Positions 25,875 through 38,659 of a stretch of 64,000 nucleotides of DNA are shown in pieces. Location: the NCBI GenBank assembly GCA_964016885.1, contig OZ024751.1, positions 45,384,001-45,448,000 on the forward strand, in the 5' to 3' direction. Numbering within the stretch: position 1 is the first letter of the stretch; each line of letters starts with the position of its first letter. This DNA is from Eledone cirrhosa. Its lineage: Eukaryota. The notes under the pieces were generated by a model, which was not told the DNA's origin, made no database searches, and was given only the letters and a program-made list of their open reading frames with translations. The translations under genes were made by a program, and so were the position numbers.

Positions 25875-26539
25875 CACAGATACCAAAGATAGAGAGACTA
25901 TATGGAAACCTATAACTTATTAGGACATATGGTGGTGACTTTGGTAGAGATAGCAAACCATTATATGGAAACCTATACATTATGGTGACAGGCACAGATA
26001 CCAAAGTCAGACAGAGAGACTTTATATGGGAATCTATACCTTACTATGTAATGAGGTGGTGGTGGTTCTGGTAGAAATACTAAAACCAAATCTGAAATAC
26101 TTTATATGGAAATGTATATCTTAGTACATGGTTGTTATAGCTCACACTTAAATAGGTTTACCTCATGTGTTTTAAATGATAGAGGCCCCTCCTCACCATT
26201 CCTATAATAACAAATACTGCCCTCTCTTGGTTGGATGATAGCCTGTTACAGTGGCTAACTCCTGCTGATACTAGGTTTTCCCATGAAGAGTCTTGCTTAA
26301 GGATACACTCTTCTACTCAACCAGCAATTGAACCTATGGTATTATGATCACAAATCCATCACCCTAACCCTAACCCTAACCACTAAACCTAATATTTTCA
26401 CACACCTCAGTATGAAAGGTGGTGGTGCTGGTACAGATAGCAAAGACTAGGAGTGTAATGGTATGGAAAGCCACACTGCAGTATGAACTACATGTACACA
26501 CACACACACAGAAGAGAAATCTTACACACACACCACACA

Positions 26540-26790
26540 AACATAGAAGTGAAGATTATATTTTATACACAAACACGGAAGTGAAGACTGTTTTATACTC
26601 ACATGCTACCAAGAGCTATTACCTTTCCACACTTTATACACACAAACACACACATAGAAGTGAAGACTGATTTATAAACACACACACGAAAATGAAGACT
26701 GTTTTATACATACACACAAACACACACATGGAAGTGAAGACTGTTTTATACACATACATACATGCCACCAACAGCTATTATCTTTCCATA
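26540..26790. repeat. Diverged tandem repeat ACACA..GAAGTGAAGACTGTTTTATACAC, about 5 units
   Basis: GAAGTGAAGA(C/T)T recurs five times among CA tracts. Confidence 0.75.
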
Positions 26791-27799
26791 GAGTTCACTC
26801 CATAATTTATAACTGAGATGTCAAAATAAATTTCCAACTGACATTTTGACTTGACAAGTTTGAGTAAATTATTTACTTCTGTCTTAAATATCTGGAGTTG
26901 GGACCAAATCTACACAAAAATCTCTGCTACTGTCTCTATAAACTAAGACCAATAATTTACTAGTCTTAAATATCTGGTACTGGGACCAAGTTTACACAAA
27001 AGTCTATGCTACTCTCCTCTATAAACTAGAACCCAAACCAAGTCCACACAAGAATTTCTCTCTGCCACTGCCTTTCTATATAAATTAGAACTATTTAGGG
27101 TCAAGTAGAGGAATTATTTGGACATTTCTTTGGGAATTTAACCTTTATGATCCTATAATGATTCAGTAGGAAATACATAGAAAAAAAGCAAACAAAAAAC
27201 CCAGTTTGTTAATTCAAATGTTTATCGTATCTTTATCATTGTGAAAATTTGGAATATTAGGGTAAAGGCTTTTAATTTTTAATGTGACATAGTTAGTGAT
27301 ATTTTGTACTTTTTATAATGTGGTTTTATATCGTGCCCATCGTGGAGATTATCTTATAGATGATTATAAGGGAAGATATGTTGTGATGCCCATGCCTTGC
27401 CCATGACTAAAGAGAAGTGTGAAAGAGATGAACAAGAGGAATAGAAACTAAATGACAGACTTAAGGAGGAAGTTAACTCCTTGTTAGCAAACTATTCCCC
27501 ATGTAATTACTGTTATCTAAATTAACATTTTTCTATCTTTTCAGATGTAAGGCAGATGGTATAAAGAGAGTCTACAAGAATATACACACACACAGAACTA
27601 TACACACATACACAGAAATACACACAAACATACAAACACACACACACATTGTGCACAGTTCATTTAGCTAAGAGGCTAAAATTACAAACCAAATCTAATT
27701 AAACAAAATCAAATGTGATGATTAATTAAGCCACTGCTATACATGTTGAACGCACACACATACACAGACAATTAAAACATGATAAACACAGAGATACAC

Positions 27800-30146
27800 T
27801 CACCATATGATACCACCCACACCATATATAACATATACCCATACACACACACACACACACACCATATAATGGTGCACATATACATATATACACACCATAT
27901 ATAATTGTACACATATACCCACACAGACTAATACTTGATACACACACACAAAAACACCATATATAATGGTGCACATATACATATACACACACTATATATA
28001 TAATGGTAGACATATACACACACAGACCAATACTTGATAGCCACACCATATAAGATGGTAGACATATACACACACAGACCAATACTTGATAACCACACCA
28101 TATAAGATGGTAGACATATACACACACAGACCAATACTTGATAACCACATCATATATAATGGTAGACATATATACACACACAGACCAATACTTGATAACC
28201 ACACCATATATAATGGTAGACATATACACACACAGACCAATACTTGATAACCACACTATATATAATGGTAGACATATATACACACACAGACCAATACTTG
28301 ATAACCACACCATATAAGATGGTAGACATATACACACACAGACCAATACTTGATAACCACATCATATATAATGGTAGACATATATACACACACAGACCAA
28401 TACTTGATAACCACACCATATATAATGGTAGACATATACACACACAGACCAATACTTGATAACCACACCATATATAATGGTAGACATATATACACACACA
28501 GACCAATACTTGATAACCACACCATATAAGATGGTAGACATATACACACACAGACCAATACTTGATAACCACACCATATAAGATGGTAGACATATACACA
28601 CACACAGACCAATACTTGATACCCCACCATATAAGATGGTAGACATATACACACACAGACCAATACTTGATAACCACACCATATAAGATGGTAGACATAT
28701 ACACACACAGACCAATACTTGATAACCACACCATATAAGATGGTAGACATATACACACACAGACCAATACTTGATAACCACACCATATAAGATGGTAGAC
28801 ATATACACACACAGACCAATACTTGATAACCACACCATATATAAGGGTAGACATATACACACACAGACCAATACTTGATAACCACACCATATAAGATGGT
28901 AGACATATACACACACAGACCAATACTTGATAACCACACCATATAAGATGGTAGACATATACACACACAGACCAATACTTGATAACCACACCATATATAA
29001 TGGTAGACATATATACACACACAGACCAATACTTGATAACCACACCATATAAGATGGTAGACATATACACACACAGACCAATACTTGATAACCACACCAT
29101 ATATAATGGTAGACATATACACACACAGACCAATACTTGATAGCCACACCATATATAATGGTAGACATATACACACACAGACCAATACTTGATAACCACA
29201 CCATATATAAGGGTAGACATATACACACACAGACCAATACTTGATAACCACACCATATAAGATGGTAGACATATACACACACAGACCAATACTTGATAAC
29301 CACATCATATATAATGGTAGACATATATACACAGACCAATACTTGATAACCACATCATATATAATGGTAGACATATACACACACAGACCAATACTTGATA
29401 ACCACACCATATATAATGGTAGACATATATACACACACAGACCAATACTTGATAACCACACCATATATAATGGTAGACATATATACACACACAGACCAAT
29501 ACTTGATAACCACACCATATATAATGGTAGACATATACACACACAGACCAATACTTGATAACCACACCATATATAATGGTAGACATATACACACACAGAC
29601 CAATACTTGATAGCCACACCATATATAATGGTAGACATATACACACACAGACCAATACTTGATAACCACACCATATATAATGGTAGACATATACACACAC
29701 AGACCAATACTTGATAACCACACCATATATAATTTTTTTTTTTTTCTACTTTAGGCACAAGGCCAGCAATTACGCAGTACATTACTGGTACTTTATTTTA
29801 TCGACCCCGTAAGGATGAAAGGCAAAGTTAACCTCGGCCGGATTTGAACTCAGATCATAAAGGGACGTAACTATGCTGGGAAGCATGTCCGACCCTCTAC
29901 CGATACTGCTAATTCACCGTATATAATGGTAGACATATACACACACAGACCAATACTTGATAACCACACCATATATAATGGTAGACATCTACACGCACAG
30001 ACCAATACTTGATAACCACACCATATATAATGGTAGACATATACACACACAGACCAATACTTGATAACCACATCATATATAATGGTAGACATATACACAC
30101 ACAGACCAATACTTGATACCCCACCATATAAGATGGTAGACATATA
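27800..30146. repeat. 52-bp (50-54) satellite, roughly 37 homogeneous units plus diverged units at the left edge, interrupted by a SINE
   Basis: Unit ACCATAT(AT/AA)A.ATGGTAGACATATACACACACAGACCAATACTTGATAACCAC. Confidence 0.97.
29733..29918 (-). mobile_element. Young full-length Meta-like tRNA SINE with poly(A) tail, inserted in the 52-bp satellite
   Basis: Minus: GGTGAATTAGCAGTATCGG (A box), GAGTTCAAATCC (B box), GCCTTTCATCCTTACGGGGTCGATAAAATAAAGTACCAG, A13 tail; TATATAA duplicated at 29726-29732 and 29920-29926. Confidence 0.93.
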
Positions 30147-31837
30147 CAACTTATACACACCATACAATTTATACATGATGTTAGAAATATATGAAGATTA
30201 TCAAACATGGAAACTAACTATAAAACTTTACAATTCAGTAAAGGCTTAGAGTGAAAGATAAATTTATCAACTAATCTTTTTTGTTCTAATTCCATTAATT
30301 TCTAGCTCAGTGTGGATATAATCTGTATTTATAATACAGAGAGAGGGGATGTGTGTAGTACTTTGTGTTTGTGTGTATATACATATATATATATAGAAGA
30401 AACAAGGCCTGTGTAGTTATTGGATAAGGTTTACTTATAAATAAGAGGAAAGCACAAACAGGAGAAAATATTCCTTCATCAGTTGTCTGCTGGGGATCAT
30501 GGATATTTCTACGCCTATTATATTTTACATAAAATTATAAGTTTGAAGAACAGACAGACAGACAAAATTAACCCAACTTTTCTTTTTAGTCCAGAGAAAT
30601 TAATTAAATAAATAATTAATTAATTAGAGTTAAATTTAAATCATAAAATGTATACCGAATAATTCTTCTGACTTTGTTTATATTATATATGTGAGTCCCG
30701 GGTTCAATCAGGGGTAACCACAGTGATTTCTGTCCAGTGCACTGATTTACACTGGTACATCATCATCACTGTTGTCCTTGAGAAATGCACTTTATTTCAC
30801 ATTGCTCCAGTCCATTCAGCTGGCAAAAATGAGTTGTATCTGCAACTTAAGTTGTGATGTACATCTGGCAACTTGAGCTGTGATGTACTGCTGGCAACTT
30901 GAGCTGTGATGTACAGCAATTCTGATTGAGGAGATCTATCACCAATGACTTATTCCAGCCGTGACCACACTTGATAATGAAGTCTTAGATATTAAAAAAA
31001 AAACACTTGCTATTTCCCGTTTTCTTTTTCTTTTAGATGGCTGTGATTTAAGAGAGTGTGTTTTATGCCTAGCAGGTCAAGAGTTTTTGTGAAGGATCTC
31101 TGACAGTGTCTTATATATAAAAGAAGTACCATATTAAGTATCAATTTAAAAAAAAAAGAAATATCTTTAGACCTGATCTTTAAAACAAAAAACAAAAAAT
31201 ATGGATGTACTTTAAATATCAATCTTTAAATCTGAAAGTGGTGTCATGTCCTAATGTAAAAAAAAAAAAAAAAAAAAATGGATGTTTGAAATCGTTAGCA
31301 AAGTAAATGAGATTTATAGGAAATAAAATATTTAGAAAAGTTGGAAGAAAAAATAAAAAAGGTAAAGAAATCTGTTAGAAAGAAAAGAAGGAGTTGTGAG
31401 GATTTGTGTCAAGAATTAAAGATAAAATAAAATCTAAAACAAAAAGCAGAGTAGTGGAAAAACAAGATTTTAATAAATAAATATAAAAATTTATAGAGCA
31501 TAAAAGAAAAGGTTATATTATCATAGCTACGCCATTGTAAAGTGTGCGTGACTTTTCATCAGCCAAGACGACCTGAGAAATTAATAAAAAAAATAAAATA
31601 CCCAGTTGGAAGTCACTATAATTAACACACACTTCAATCCTGAAGAAATAAGCCAAGCATTGTAACCCTACCTCCTGTTAAGGTTCTAATTTAGATTGAT
31701 AAAAAAAATATATACCTTCAAGATAGAGAGGAATCCATCTTGAAAATATTTTTCCGAAAATACATGAAAAGTAAGCTGATTTTTATATATTCTACTTTCA
31801 GAAGGATATTTCTCGTGTGTAAATTATGCATTATTTT

Positions 31838-32360
31838 AATCTTTTTGTTACCAATACAGCCTGATTCTATATGATACAAATCTGGTTCTATATGATACAA
31901 ATCTGTTTGTTTCAGTGTTTTTATATTTAAATTTAGACCTTACCTTCCTTCATAATTTTGACAGAAAAGTTTGTTACTTTATGCTCCAAACGCCAGCTTA
32001 GTTATGAAAAAAGTAATTTTACTAAATCCCTTCAAATTTTTGATTACTTTCAAAATTAATTGAAAATCCTTGGCAGTGTTTTTTTTTTTTATTAGAAATA
32101 TGGTAATGAAAGGGTTAAAGACATAGGTAGTGTTTTGTTAGAAATATGGTAATGAAAGGATTAAAGACAGTGTCTTTCACTACAGTGTTTTCATTAGAAT
32201 TATGGTAATGAAAGGATTAAAGACAGTGTCTTTCACTACAGTGTTTTCATTAGAATTATGGTAATGAAAGGATTAAAGACAGTTTTTCATTAGAAATATA
32301 GTAATGAAACAGTTAAAGATAAAGTGTTTTTCATTAGAAATATGGTAATGAAAGGGTTAA
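31838..32360. mobile_element. piggyBac-type MITE whose right terminus is tandemly amplified about six times
   Basis: TAGAAATATGGTAATGAAAGG(G/A)TTAA at about 32093, 32139, 32195, 32251, 32291 and 32335. Confidence 0.7.
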
Positions 32361-32826
32361 TCTTATGTAATAAATGATATTTATTTAAAAATAAAAGAAA
32401 TATGGTTGAATGCAAAATCTTCAAATTGAACCAATATTTACAATCAGACTTCTGGAACTCTTACAAGGACCTTAGTCTTGTGAAATATCTTGACCAATTT
32501 GATTCTCGGGGTGGACATCGTAAGCCAGGGTGGATGGCATAGTCAGGGTACAACATTAAGGAAAAAAATATTTCCATCTCAGAGGTTCTTTACCTGATTT
32601 CCTCAACTATTATCTATAAAAATCAACTATTATAGTCATCTACCTTGTGATGTACACATTTCAAATTTCAAAACACTAAAGGATTATGGAAATAATTAAG
32701 ATACCCACGATTCACTAATTAGCCACTAATTAGTGTATTAATTGCAATCTAGTAATGAAAGAAAACAGTTTGATGAATCACTTGATCAATGAAATCAGGA
32801 TAAATACAGCTGCACCTACCGGTGAA

Positions 32827-32871
<45 letters not shown>

Positions 32872-33092
32872 AAGCTGCACCTACTGGTGAGGTGTATATA
32901 TATATATATGCGCATAATAAAATACATGGAACTCTTTTAACCATCTTTTGATCTTATATATTATATATATATATACACACACACAAAGATGCACCTACTG
33001 GTGAGGTATATATATATATATATATATATAAATATATATACACACACACACACACATATGTATACAAATAAATTGATCAGTGCATAATGACA

Positions 33093-33293
33093 TACAAGGG
33101 TTGGCTGAAAAGTTCATAGGCTGGCTACGAAGGAGTGCTGCTAGAGCTGTGAAATCTTTTATGCATTAATTTCAACTCTTCTTATTAATAACTGCATTGT
33201 TTCTTTTACAGGGGCTATGTTGCACAATAAACGTCATTTGTTCATTCCATGAGTATCTTAGTCAGCCTATGAACTGTTCATCTGACCCTTGTA
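33093..33293. mobile_element. mariner-type MITE (~200 bp)
   Basis: TACAAGGGTTGGCTGAAAAGTTCATAGGCTG ... CAGCCTATGAACTGTTCATCTGACCCTTGTA terminal inverted repeats with TA ends. Confidence 0.8.
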
Positions 33294-33359
33294 TACCAAA
33301 GTATATACATCTATGGATATGTGTGTCAAAGAATTTTTTAGTCATATCAAGGACATGTC

Positions 33360-33690
33360 TTTAGTGCTGGTGCCATGATAAAATGCACCCAGTACACTCT
33401 GTCAAATGGCGATGATGTAGGGTAGAGAAGATTTTGAAGTTATGTCGAAGACAATAACCACTTTACTGCAGGTGACATGATAAAATGCACCCAGTACACT
33501 CTGTAAAGAGGTTGGTATTAGGAAGAGTATCTAGTCATAGAAACCTCACCAAAATGAAGGGTGAATGAGACAAGGACCTTCAATCCATCTTGGAAGGTAG
33601 AATTGGTTCTGGCCCTAACAACCTGGTCAACTCATACTAGCTTGGAAAGCTTATCTCTATAAATGATGATGATGATAATGGTGATGGTGA
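33360..33690 (+). mobile_element. Degenerate SINE 3' part with RTE-type tail
   Basis: GGTGCCATGATAAAATGCACCCAGTACACTCTGT twice, GGTATTAGGAAGAGTATC, GATGAT tail. Confidence 0.65.
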
Positions 33691-34377
33691 TGATAATAAG
33701 GGTGGTTTTGATAATGATGAGGATAATGATAATTTAAGGGGCAGAAAGTTGAGAATAGAGTTTCTCTATGACCTGTAACTTAGCAATTCGACAAACACAG
33801 ATTGATAAAATAAGTAGTAAACTCAAGTCCAGACTGACTGACTAAATTTTTGTATGCAGTGCCCCAGCATGGCCACAGTCCAATGACTGGAACAGTAAAA
33901 GAATTATGGCATGTTTACATTCAGATCTCATTGCAGTTGACTTCACCTGTCATCTCGAAATAAGTTAACGAGCAGGTATAGAGATTGATGATTAATTAAT
34001 TAATTGATAAATAAACTGTGTCTGTCCCTTTACCTCCTCCTCCAATATTTGTAGCCTCGCATCGATTTTAGAAATTATTATCGTTTAACTTCTACTTTCC
34101 CCGCTAGCATAGGTTAGTTAATAATAATAACAACAACAACAATAATAATGATTATTGCTGTTTGTATTATAATTGCTATGATAATTACAATAAATTGCAT
34201 GACATTAATAGTTGATTAGAAAATCTATATATATCATATATAATTTATATACACATACACACACATGAACATACATACATGTGCACACACAGACACACAC
34301 ACGCATACACAGACACGTATAGAGATATGATCATATTCTCAGACAAACATTGATACATTCAATTCATAAGTGTGAGA

Positions 34378-34672
34378 AAGACTATGCAAGTGTGATAGAG
34401 TGTGTGTATGTGTAAAGACTATGCAAGTGTGATAGAGTGTGTGTATGTGTAAAGACTATGCAAGTGTGATAGAGTGTGTGTATGTGTAAAGACTATGCAA
34501 GTGTGATAGAGTGTGTGTATGTGTAAAGACTATGCAAGTGTGATAGAGTGTGTGTATGTGTAAAGACTATGCGAGTGTGATAGAGTGTGTGTATGTGTAA
34601 AGACTATGCAAGTGTGATAGAGTGTGTGTATGTGTAAAGACTATGCAAGTGTGATAGAGTGTGTGTATGTGT
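34378..34672. repeat. 37-bp minisatellite, 8 near-perfect units
   Basis: ACTATGCAAGTGTGATAGAGTGTGTGTATGTGTAAAG. Confidence 0.97.
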
Positions 34673-34898
34673 ATATATACGAGTGTGCATGTATACATGC
34701 TTGCATCTATATAAACTATTCATATTGTAATCAATTGGGTAGGGGTAGGAGGGGGATGAGGAATGGTAGAAGTGTAGTGTGAGTGAGTGTATAAATATAT
34801 ATAAACATACACACACACCTATAAAGTATGTGTGTGGTGTAAATATATATATACACACACACACACATATATTTGTGTGCAAACAGTGTGTGTATGTG

Positions 34899-34950
<52 letters not shown>

Positions 34951-35640
34951 ATGATGACACACCTATAAAATGTTTGTGTATAATCAGTGTTTATATATAT
35001 ATACACACACACTTATAAAATATTTGTGTAATCAATGTGTTTATATATATATATATATATACACATACACATGTATATAGACACTCACCTATAAAATATT
35101 TGTGTGCAATCAGTGTGTTTATATACATACATACACACACACATATATATACACTCACCTATAAAATATTTGTGATGACACTGAAAGAGCACTGAAGAGA
35201 AGAAATACAAAAGTGTTTTATTGTTGTTTAAACACATTCATACAGCACAATACACATGTACAAACATACACAGCACAACACACATGTATACTTACAAACA
35301 TACACAGCACAACACACATGTATACTTACATACACACACAGCACAAACAAACACACAACACACAGATGAATGCACACACACACACACAAACACATAAAAC
35401 CAGTTTCACGATGTTTTAAGCTGTTAAAGAATTTTTATGGCAGCAATTACATAAACACACAATTAGTGTTAAACATATTTTACTATTATATTGCATAAAC
35501 ATATATATTACGGTTAAATATACATTATTCTTATTATTCTTTTATTATTAAATAGTAAATAAAGAAAATGCTGGAAAATATTTATAGGAATTTATGCTTT
35601 TAGTTCATTTGATTATATAAATAAATATATATATATATAT

Positions 35641-35947
35641 GGAGGCACATGGCTTAGTGGTTAGTGCATTGGCTTTGCAATCAAAAGGTTGTTTCCTTGT
35701 TTCCTTGAGCAAGACACTTTATTTCACATTGCTCCAGTTTACTCAGCTGTAGAAATGAGATGAGAGGGACTGGGGTCCCTATCATTCCACTGCAAAGTGG
35801 ACGTGGAGGTGCCACGGAAAAAAAGCACCCAGCCCACACTGTAAATGAGGTTGGTGTTAGGAAGGGCATCCAGCTGTAGAAATCAAGCCAGAATCAGTTC
35901 CCGTCCCACCCTTGCAAGCAGGGAAAAGCAGACATAAAATGAAATGA
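35641..35947 (+). mobile_element. Young composite SINE with B-box deletion, in (TA)n
   Basis: Reverse complement of the 13244/21522 family, missing about 30 bp of the tRNA head. Confidence 0.9.
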
Positions 35948-36226
35948 TATATATATATATACACAAATATACATATACATACACACATTTGTAAATATAC
36001 ACACACAAACATACATATATTTATAAATATACACATACAGAATAGTGTAGGCAGTAATTTTCCATAGTCGCCAGAGTGTCGGCCTAACTACCCAAGAATT
36101 TGTTCTGGCTCTCTTGTACATTCTGAAATCAAATACGCCCTTAATCAACCTTACCTTTCATGTTCTTGGAAGACTTGATAAGTAAAGTGTCACTCAGGGA
36201 ATGGTGGGTGGACCAGGGGGAGTTGT

Positions 36227-36998
36227 TTAACCCTTTCATTACCATATTTCTAACGAAAGACACTGTGTTTCAATTAATTTTGAAGGAATTTGATGGTGTT
36301 TTTCTTAAAATTATGATGAAAGGTTTTAATATAAAGATAAACATTTAAAAATTCGCAGTTTTTTAAATCATAAGTCCAGAGTAAATTTCAGGTAGTTTGG
36401 TACGAAAAAGGTTTAAACATAGAACCAGAGTAGGGTTTAAATATACAATATATATATTACTGTGTTTCCACCCCAGTGTATTTAAGAATATAGGGATCAA
36501 TCATCAAGATCCCAGACCTCATTCACTTACCCAGTGGAATGTAACTCGTCAAATCAGACCAATGAAACTATGTTTCCATTGGTCTTACCATTGCCAATAC
36601 TACCAGTCACATCTAGAATAGGTGCACCATATTTCCGTGTACTTTAAAATTTTCATTACCATATTTCAAATGAGATACAAGTACCTTGTACTTTAATTAA
36701 TTAGCAAAGAATTTTAAGGGATTTTCTAAAATTAATTTTTTTTTTAATTAAGATGGTATTTGTCACATATCAAATGGTTCTTATGTAAAATTATGTTGGA
36801 AGGTTTTCGCAAAGAATTTCGAGGGATTTGCTAAGATTATTAATTTTTTTTTTTTATTAAGATGGTATTTGTAACATAAATAGTTCTTATGTAAAATTAT
36901 TTCTGAAAGTTTAAATTTAAACAAGAACACTTTAAAATGTATGTTTGAGAGAACCAGAAATGGTTTGGGGGTGAGTTGGTTGATGTGAAAAGGGTTAA
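36227..36998. mobile_element. Two piggyBac-type MITE copies
   Basis: TTAACCCTTTCATTACCATATTTC at 36227 to GGTACGAAAAAGGTTTAA near 36416; second copy from ~36645 to AAAAGGGTTAA at ~36998. Confidence 0.6.
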
Positions 36999-37356
36999 CT
37001 ATTTTTAGACAAAAGATATTTATCAATTTAATGAAAATGTTGGAAACAACAGTGAAACAGAAAACTGATTGGAAACTAGGAAAGAAAAAGGAAAAAACAA
37101 CACCTTTAGTCATCTCACACACCCCTCTCCAAAATCGAAGAAAGATCAGACTGCCAAATCTAAAGTAGAGATCAATACTGGGTGTACAGTTTATAAAGTG
37201 TTCACATAAATCTTAGAACTAAAAGAGGAAGGTGGTGAGGAGAGAAAGAGAAAGAGAGGAGAGAAGGACAGAAGGAGAGAGTGAAAGAAAGAGGGTGGTT
37301 TCAAGAACATAAGAAAGAATATTATTATCCTAAATGAAATGAACAATATCAGAAAG

Positions 37357-37370
37357 GTTGCTATGGCAAC
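37357..37370. promoter_or_regulatory. RFX X-box consensus match
   Basis: GTTGCTATGGCAAC in non-repetitive-looking sequence. Confidence 0.4.
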
Positions 37371-37934
37371 TAAAGATCAAGCTTTGGTCAACATATCTAT
37401 AATTGAATATAGGATATAATTGATTAGCGATAAACATTGTTTGGCTGAGGTGAGCCTTGATTAAACAAATCTATGGTCAAATATGGAAAAGAGCAGGAAG
37501 GGGAGCAAGGAGCCCAACTGGCATAAAAAGGAAGCAGTTGCGTAAACCCTGCTATTTGGATATCTTCCATTCCTCTGAATTATGGCCAGCATTACCTTGG
37601 TTTGTATTATGTCCAATCAAACAAAAACAAATCATAACTGTGTCAGCCCTTATTAGTAATAATTATATTTTATTATATACATATATGTAAAGTGGTCATG
37701 TAGGTGTCACGGTTAACCCCCAACAACTCGGGAAACTACATATTCCCTCCCCCCTCTCTCTCTCTCTATATATAGTTGAAGAGTGGGTAAAGTCCCATAC
37801 AAATCAAAGGTTACAGATAAAAAGTAAAAGTGAAAAAGCACAGAGGTATATTTAAAAATAATTTTTATCTTTAATCTGACAGAATGAATATTTCTTTAAT
37901 TGTTACATTAAATGGATTTACGTTTTGTCCAATA

Positions 37935-37970
37935 TTACCAGTTTCGATTGGTATGTCAATTTTATCAAAT
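37935..37970 (-). ncRNA. Decayed minimal hammerhead-like motif
   Basis: Minus TTGATAA-AATTGACATACCAATC-GAAAC-TG-GTA; two core substitutions relative to CTGATGA. Confidence 0.4.
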
Positions 37971-38079
37971 ATTTAAAAAGTTTGTTCTCATATTTTGTAG
38001 GCAATTAGAGGTAGACCAAGGAAAACTTGTGTAAAGGTGGTGAACACTGATCACAAATCACTGAGACCCTCAGAAGAGA

Positions 38080-38300
38080 TGATGAAGGGACGCATCAAGT
38101 GGAGAGATGCTGTGCTGAAAAGGGCCTGCCCAACCCATGTGAGTGTGGAAAATTAAACATAAAAACTATGATGATATATATATATATAGATAGATAGATA
38201 TATGATGAAGGAACGTAGCAAGTGGAGAGATGCGTGCTGAAAAGGGCCTGCCCAACCCATGTGAGAGTGGAAAATTAAACATAAAAACTATGATGAGATA
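38080..38300 (+). mobile_element. Tandem duplication of an RTE 3' end (two ~120-bp copies)
   Basis: AAGTGGAGAGATGC(T)GTGCTGAAAAGGGCCTGCCCAACCCATGTGAG.GTGGAAAATTAAACATAAAAACTATGATG twice; homologous to 62775-62860. Confidence 0.8.
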
Positions 38301-38659
38301 TATATATATATATATAGTTTTAGATGATCCTACTTAGGGTGAAAGCAGAAATTGTTTGCTTAAACTTTTAATCAGTACTAATAGGTATTTGCTCTACAGG
38401 GTTTATATAAACATATATATATATAAACAACCCTTATTCAGTCCTCTTTGGATTTTGGTCTCCATATATATTATTACTATACACACACACATATATATGA
38501 ATATATATACAAATATATCTACCTTGAGCAAGGCACTTTATTTCACATTGCTCCAGTTTATTCAGCTGAAATTACTACAAACAAGAGTCCAGAGGTAAAG
38601 AATGTGGCTAGTAAACTGGAGAGTGACATATACAGGAGAGCACACATACAGGCATATAA

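Noticed and set aside
25261-25923. Alternative frames of the 63-bp array (220 aa plus, 184 aa minus)
   Set aside because: Open only because the unit length is a multiple of three; the variable site is non-synonymous in the 220-aa frame, and neither product resembles anything recognisable.
27520-27552. Plus-strand acceptor TTTCAG followed by ATGTAAG (2-nt microexon or recursive site)
   Set aside because: Isolated motif with no supporting plus-strand exons; expected by chance in AT-rich DNA.
27990-30146. CRISPR-like regular array
   Set aside because: No unique spacers, no cas genes, and a eukaryotic context.
27726-30249. Long minus-strand ORFs up to 508 aa (VCVCICLPLYMVWLSSIGL repeats)
   Set aside because: The 52-bp unit is not a multiple of three and usually lacks stops on that strand, so all frames are open and 2-bp indels shift frame freely. 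This is a satellite artefact.
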